DNA from: Tubulanus polymorphus
Lineage: Eukaryota; Animalia; Nemertea
NCBI RefSeq assembly: GCF_964204645.1
Contig: NC_134031.1
Span: 11,162,088 to 11,226,087 of the forward strand
Direction of reading: 5' to 3'
DNA length: 64,000 nt
The stretch's first letter is position 1. The number at the start of each line of letters is the position of its first letter. The notes below the pieces were generated by a model. That model did not search any database. It saw only the letters and a program-made list of their open reading frames with translations, and was not told the origin of the DNA. Positions 60,640-64,000 of the stretch are shown piece after piece. Made by a program: the position numbers and the translations under genes.

Positions 60640-61239
60640 ACTTAGATTATCTCCAGTCGACCGTGACTTTTTGACAGGTACACAACGTCTCTATGGTAAC
60701 GTTTGGCAACTACGGTGTGAACGACTTAAGGACAGACTATCGACGATATCTATAGATTAATACTATAGAACCACTAAATACCAGTAAAAAGTTACCTAAT
60801 TTGTTTGTACAATTCGTTGTCTCATTCAGAAGAACAGCACTGCATAGATTGAGTAGATCTTATAAATCAAGCAAGTGTGGAAGGACATCGAAATGAAACT
60901 TTAAATCTCCACTGTACCAACACGTCTTAACAGCCGGACGCCATATCAAATACCTGATATGTAGATGCCATATCAATACACATATGTAGATGGATACTAT
61001 TTGAATCGGGCTTAAATTTCGATGTTTAGAGGCTCACAGTTGCGTTCTAATTAATATTATACACAGTATTTGTCAATGCAGCGTAGGACTTGCGATACAG
61101 AATGGTTTCACCGTCAGTGAGAGTAAGTTGCAGCTGTTTATATCCTTTCAGTAAGATCCAGTGTGAAAAAGAATATAATAATTAATATAGCTGCAAAGCA
61201 GCGATAACGGGTTTTCTGCACAGTCTTAGAATCCTGTTC

Positions 61240-61440
61240 AACGGTGGATTTCGACAAAGTATTTGATAAGGCACAACATCAGCCATTACTAAACGGGCTA
61301 TTAGGAAACAGTATCAATGATAGGTCGCCCAAATGGCTCAGCAGTTATCTCTGAACGAAAACTTGTAGTCGAAATCAACGGAACGCCTCATTTTGGAATA
61401 AGTCGGTCAAACTAGTGGAGTCACACAAGGTAGTATCCTA
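61240..61440 (+). pseudogene. Degenerate LINE reverse transcriptase fragment
   Basis: DFDKVFDK..H, WLSSYL and SGVTQGSIL-like remnants. Confidence 0.6.
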
Positions 61441-61940
61441 TGTTGTCTTCTGTTTAATGTCCTGACAAATGACATACACAGTAATCCAACATATACCAGA
61501 CCGAGTAAATTTCCAAATCGACCTTAACACGCTGTTCGACCAAAACTTAATGTTCCAACCAGAAAATCTTGTTCGAATAAAAATAATTATGTTTGATCGA
61601 ACAATACGCTTTTTGCTTGAACCAAAAATTTTCTTCATTCTCACACAAAATGTGTTTGAATAAAAAGCTATGTTATTGTTGAAATGAAAAATTTGGTTGA
61701 GCGAAAACAATTTTTTCGAACGAATGTTTGAATGAAAACAATTCTGTTCGATTGAACGAAATACTTAATACTTTCGGTTCGGAGAAAAAACTTTTTTCAA
61801 TATACTTGTTCGAACGAAAAACTTAATGTTCTGACAAGAAAATTCTGTTCAAATTAAAACGATTCTGTTCGATTGAACGATTGTTCGAACGAAAAACCTT
61901 TCGTTTGGACAAAAAAAAATTTTTGTTCAACTTTGTTCTG

Positions 61941-62562
61941 GCTGGACGTAGGTTGGTCTTGTGACACGATGCGATCCTCGCGTTGCATCGCAAGTTTCGG
62001 TGCAAGTCGGTTGCGATACGATTGTGTGCGACTAGTTTCTGCCAGTCGCAAGAGCGCGTCGGTTAGTTGTGACAGTCGTGTCGCATCACAGAAAGTAGAA
62101 CACGTGCGACTCCTTGTGACTGGCGTTGCCGAAAGTCGCAACCCGTCGCAAGGGAGCGTATGTCGATGAGTTGTGGCGACACAATCGTCGCTGGCGGTCG
62201 CAGTGATTGGCGTCGCTGGCGATCGCAGTGATTGGCGTCGCAGTGAGTCACAAGCCGTCGCAAGGCCGAACTACGCCCTGCTTATCGTGTCGCATCGCAA
62301 GTTTCGGTTGAAGTCGGTTGCGATACGATTGTGTGCGACTAGTTTCTGCCAGTCGCAAGAGCGCTTCGGTTGGTTGTGACAGTCGTGTCGCGTCGCAGAA
62401 AGTAGAACACATGCGACTCTTGTGACTGGCGTTGCTGAAAGTCGCAACCCGTCGCAAGGGAGCGTAGGTCGATGAGTCGTTGCGACACAATCGTCGCTGG
62501 CGGTTGCTGTGATTGGCGTCGCAGTGAGTCACAAGCCGTCGCAAGGTCGACCTACGCCCAGC
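61941..62562. mobile_element. GTCGC-rich MITE-like element with an internal ~300 bp duplication
   Basis: GCTGGACGTAGGT...ACCTACGCCCAGC termini; ~61985-62270 repeats at ~62293-62550. Confidence 0.65.
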
Positions 62563-63239
62563 TTAAGTCATTAGGAATTAATGAAATACCAGTTTCATTT
62601 ATGATGAAAAAACTCAAATGAAAAGTCTGGCTCATAAAGCTATCTGCTCAGACGAAATTTTCAAATAAATCTTCATTTTTGGCAATAAAATTGATAATTG
62701 TGATTGATAGTTGCAAATCACAACGTTAATCACTAATTAACATGCATTTTAATAAATCTGATTCCTCCTTTACAGTGAACTTAGCTTTAACCTAGTAGAG
62801 GCTACTAGCCTATGTAGGCCTATGTATATGCGTAGGCCTATGTATATGCGTAGGCCTAACATCCGGACAGATTGGTCGTAGGCCTATTGAATAACAACCC
62901 ACCTAAATATCGTAAATTTTGTTTTGAAGTTCAATCCAATGAGTCCGTTAATAAACGCAACAATTATACTGTGTTTGTTTGAGACAGTAAAGCTCAGTAC
63001 CGGTAGGCCTAAAGCCACGTAAAACTCGATAAACACTTCAAGCGACACAGCGAACGATTCCTTTCCCCCACACAGCGAACGCTTACTCCGAATGTGACGA
63101 GTCCAGCATACGGAAAGGAGTGTGTTATATACTCGTATTTAGTAAATACCTTGTGCATTTGAAAATGATCGGTATGTACTGTAGGAAATATCGAGTATTG
63201 ATGGTATTGATCGGTTCCTGAACTTCGCTGAAAAAGCTG

Positions 63240-63332
63240 AATCACTGAAACGCTGAAATAAAAACGCTGAAATTTCAGGGAATTTCCGAAAAACGCTGAA
63301 ATTTCAGGGAATTCCCGAAAAACGCTGAAATC
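63240..63332. repeat. Short tandem AAAACGCTGAAAT(TTCAGGGAATT) units
   Basis: Four to five copies visible. Confidence 0.7.
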
Positions 63333-63462
63333 GTGCTAGGTACCAATAATACACGTTTTGAAATATTTTCCGGGCCGGTGTCCGCTGCCGAGTCCTGAAC
63401 CGTGTTTTAGTCTCTACCTTCGGTTACAGAGACATGCATGGACAGTATGTGTGGAGTATTCT

Positions 63463-63967
63463 TCTACTGTCTGTCACACCTACTCTCCGTGCGACGTTTT
63501 GGTCCTTAATTTCGTTAATAATCGGTTTATCTACCTTTATTACCCATCAATTTGTTCAGTGAGGAATTTGCATTCAGAAATAAACAACAATTTTCACTAA
63601 AGTTGTTTTTGTTTTCATTTATCAGCGATAGTTTACTCAGCATACGCTCGCGTAATGCTGAAAAACCCGCTCCGCTGACGCTCGGAAACGTTACAGTGAC
63701 GTCATCACCTGCTCATTAGCATATCAAAATACAGTAGGTGGCGCCACGTGACGGGCCATAAAAGCCGTTTTTCAGCATTACGCGAGCGTATGCTGGGTAA
63801 ACTTTCGCTGATAGATGAAAACACAAACAAATTTATGCCAGTTCATGTTTTATTTCTGAATGCAAATTACTGAACAAATTGATGCATAATATTTACAGAT
63901 CAACCGATTATTAACGCAATTACGGATCAAAACGTCGCACGAAGAGCAGGTGTGACAGACAGTAGAG
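63463..63967. mobile_element. Palindromic foldback/MITE element
   Basis: ~63463-63667 is an approximate reverse complement of ~63767-63967. Confidence 0.8.
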
Positions 63968-64000
63968 GGCCACTTGTTGGACAAATTAATTCGCTTGAAA

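Larger units (their letters stand above)
41912..60925 (-). mobile_element. Near full-length CR1/L2/Crack-group LINE interrupted by a Gypsy element and Polinton copy C
   Basis: ORF1 59632-60639; ORF2 pieces 58607-58167, 49227-46960 and 42401-42346; 3' UTR stem-loop ~42015-42049; (TCAAA)n tail at ~41912-41940; 5' end approximate. Confidence 0.85.

Noticed and set aside
61823-62544. Overlapping short ORFs
   Set aside because: Products of a GC-rich repeat with few stop codons; no protein features.

Overview
Animal genomic DNA, probably a protostome invertebrate, dominated by mobile elements. Three partial, decaying copies of one AT-rich Polinton/Maverick-like endogenous virus are present: A (1-14918, right end), B (34719-~38436, inverted right end) and C (49228-~58165, left end). 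Together they encode pPolB, putative minor and major capsid proteins, a packaging ATPase, an rve integrase and an HNH nuclease. The right end of a second, unrelated Polinton-like family lies at ~17004-21750. One host gene is present: an 11-exon cytoplasmic intermediate filament gene with two alternative last exons (26247-33895). A near full-length CR1/Crack-group LINE (minus strand, ~41912-60925) carries a nested Mag-type Gypsy element and Polinton copy C. An RTE-X-like 3' fragment, an ORF1-only half-LINE and several MITE/foldback elements fill the rest. The most unusual signals are in the main Polinton family. (i) Each terminus is its own 267-433 bp imperfect hairpin, with compensatory changes between copies and a G-T wobble bias on the strand whose 3' end is terminal. 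(ii) 25-27 bp hairpin micro-elements are inserted in frame in its genes. (iii) Almost every gene starts in a poxvirus-like TAAATG context. (iv) No adenain protease is visible. All family assignments come from motif recognition by eye; no database search was run.
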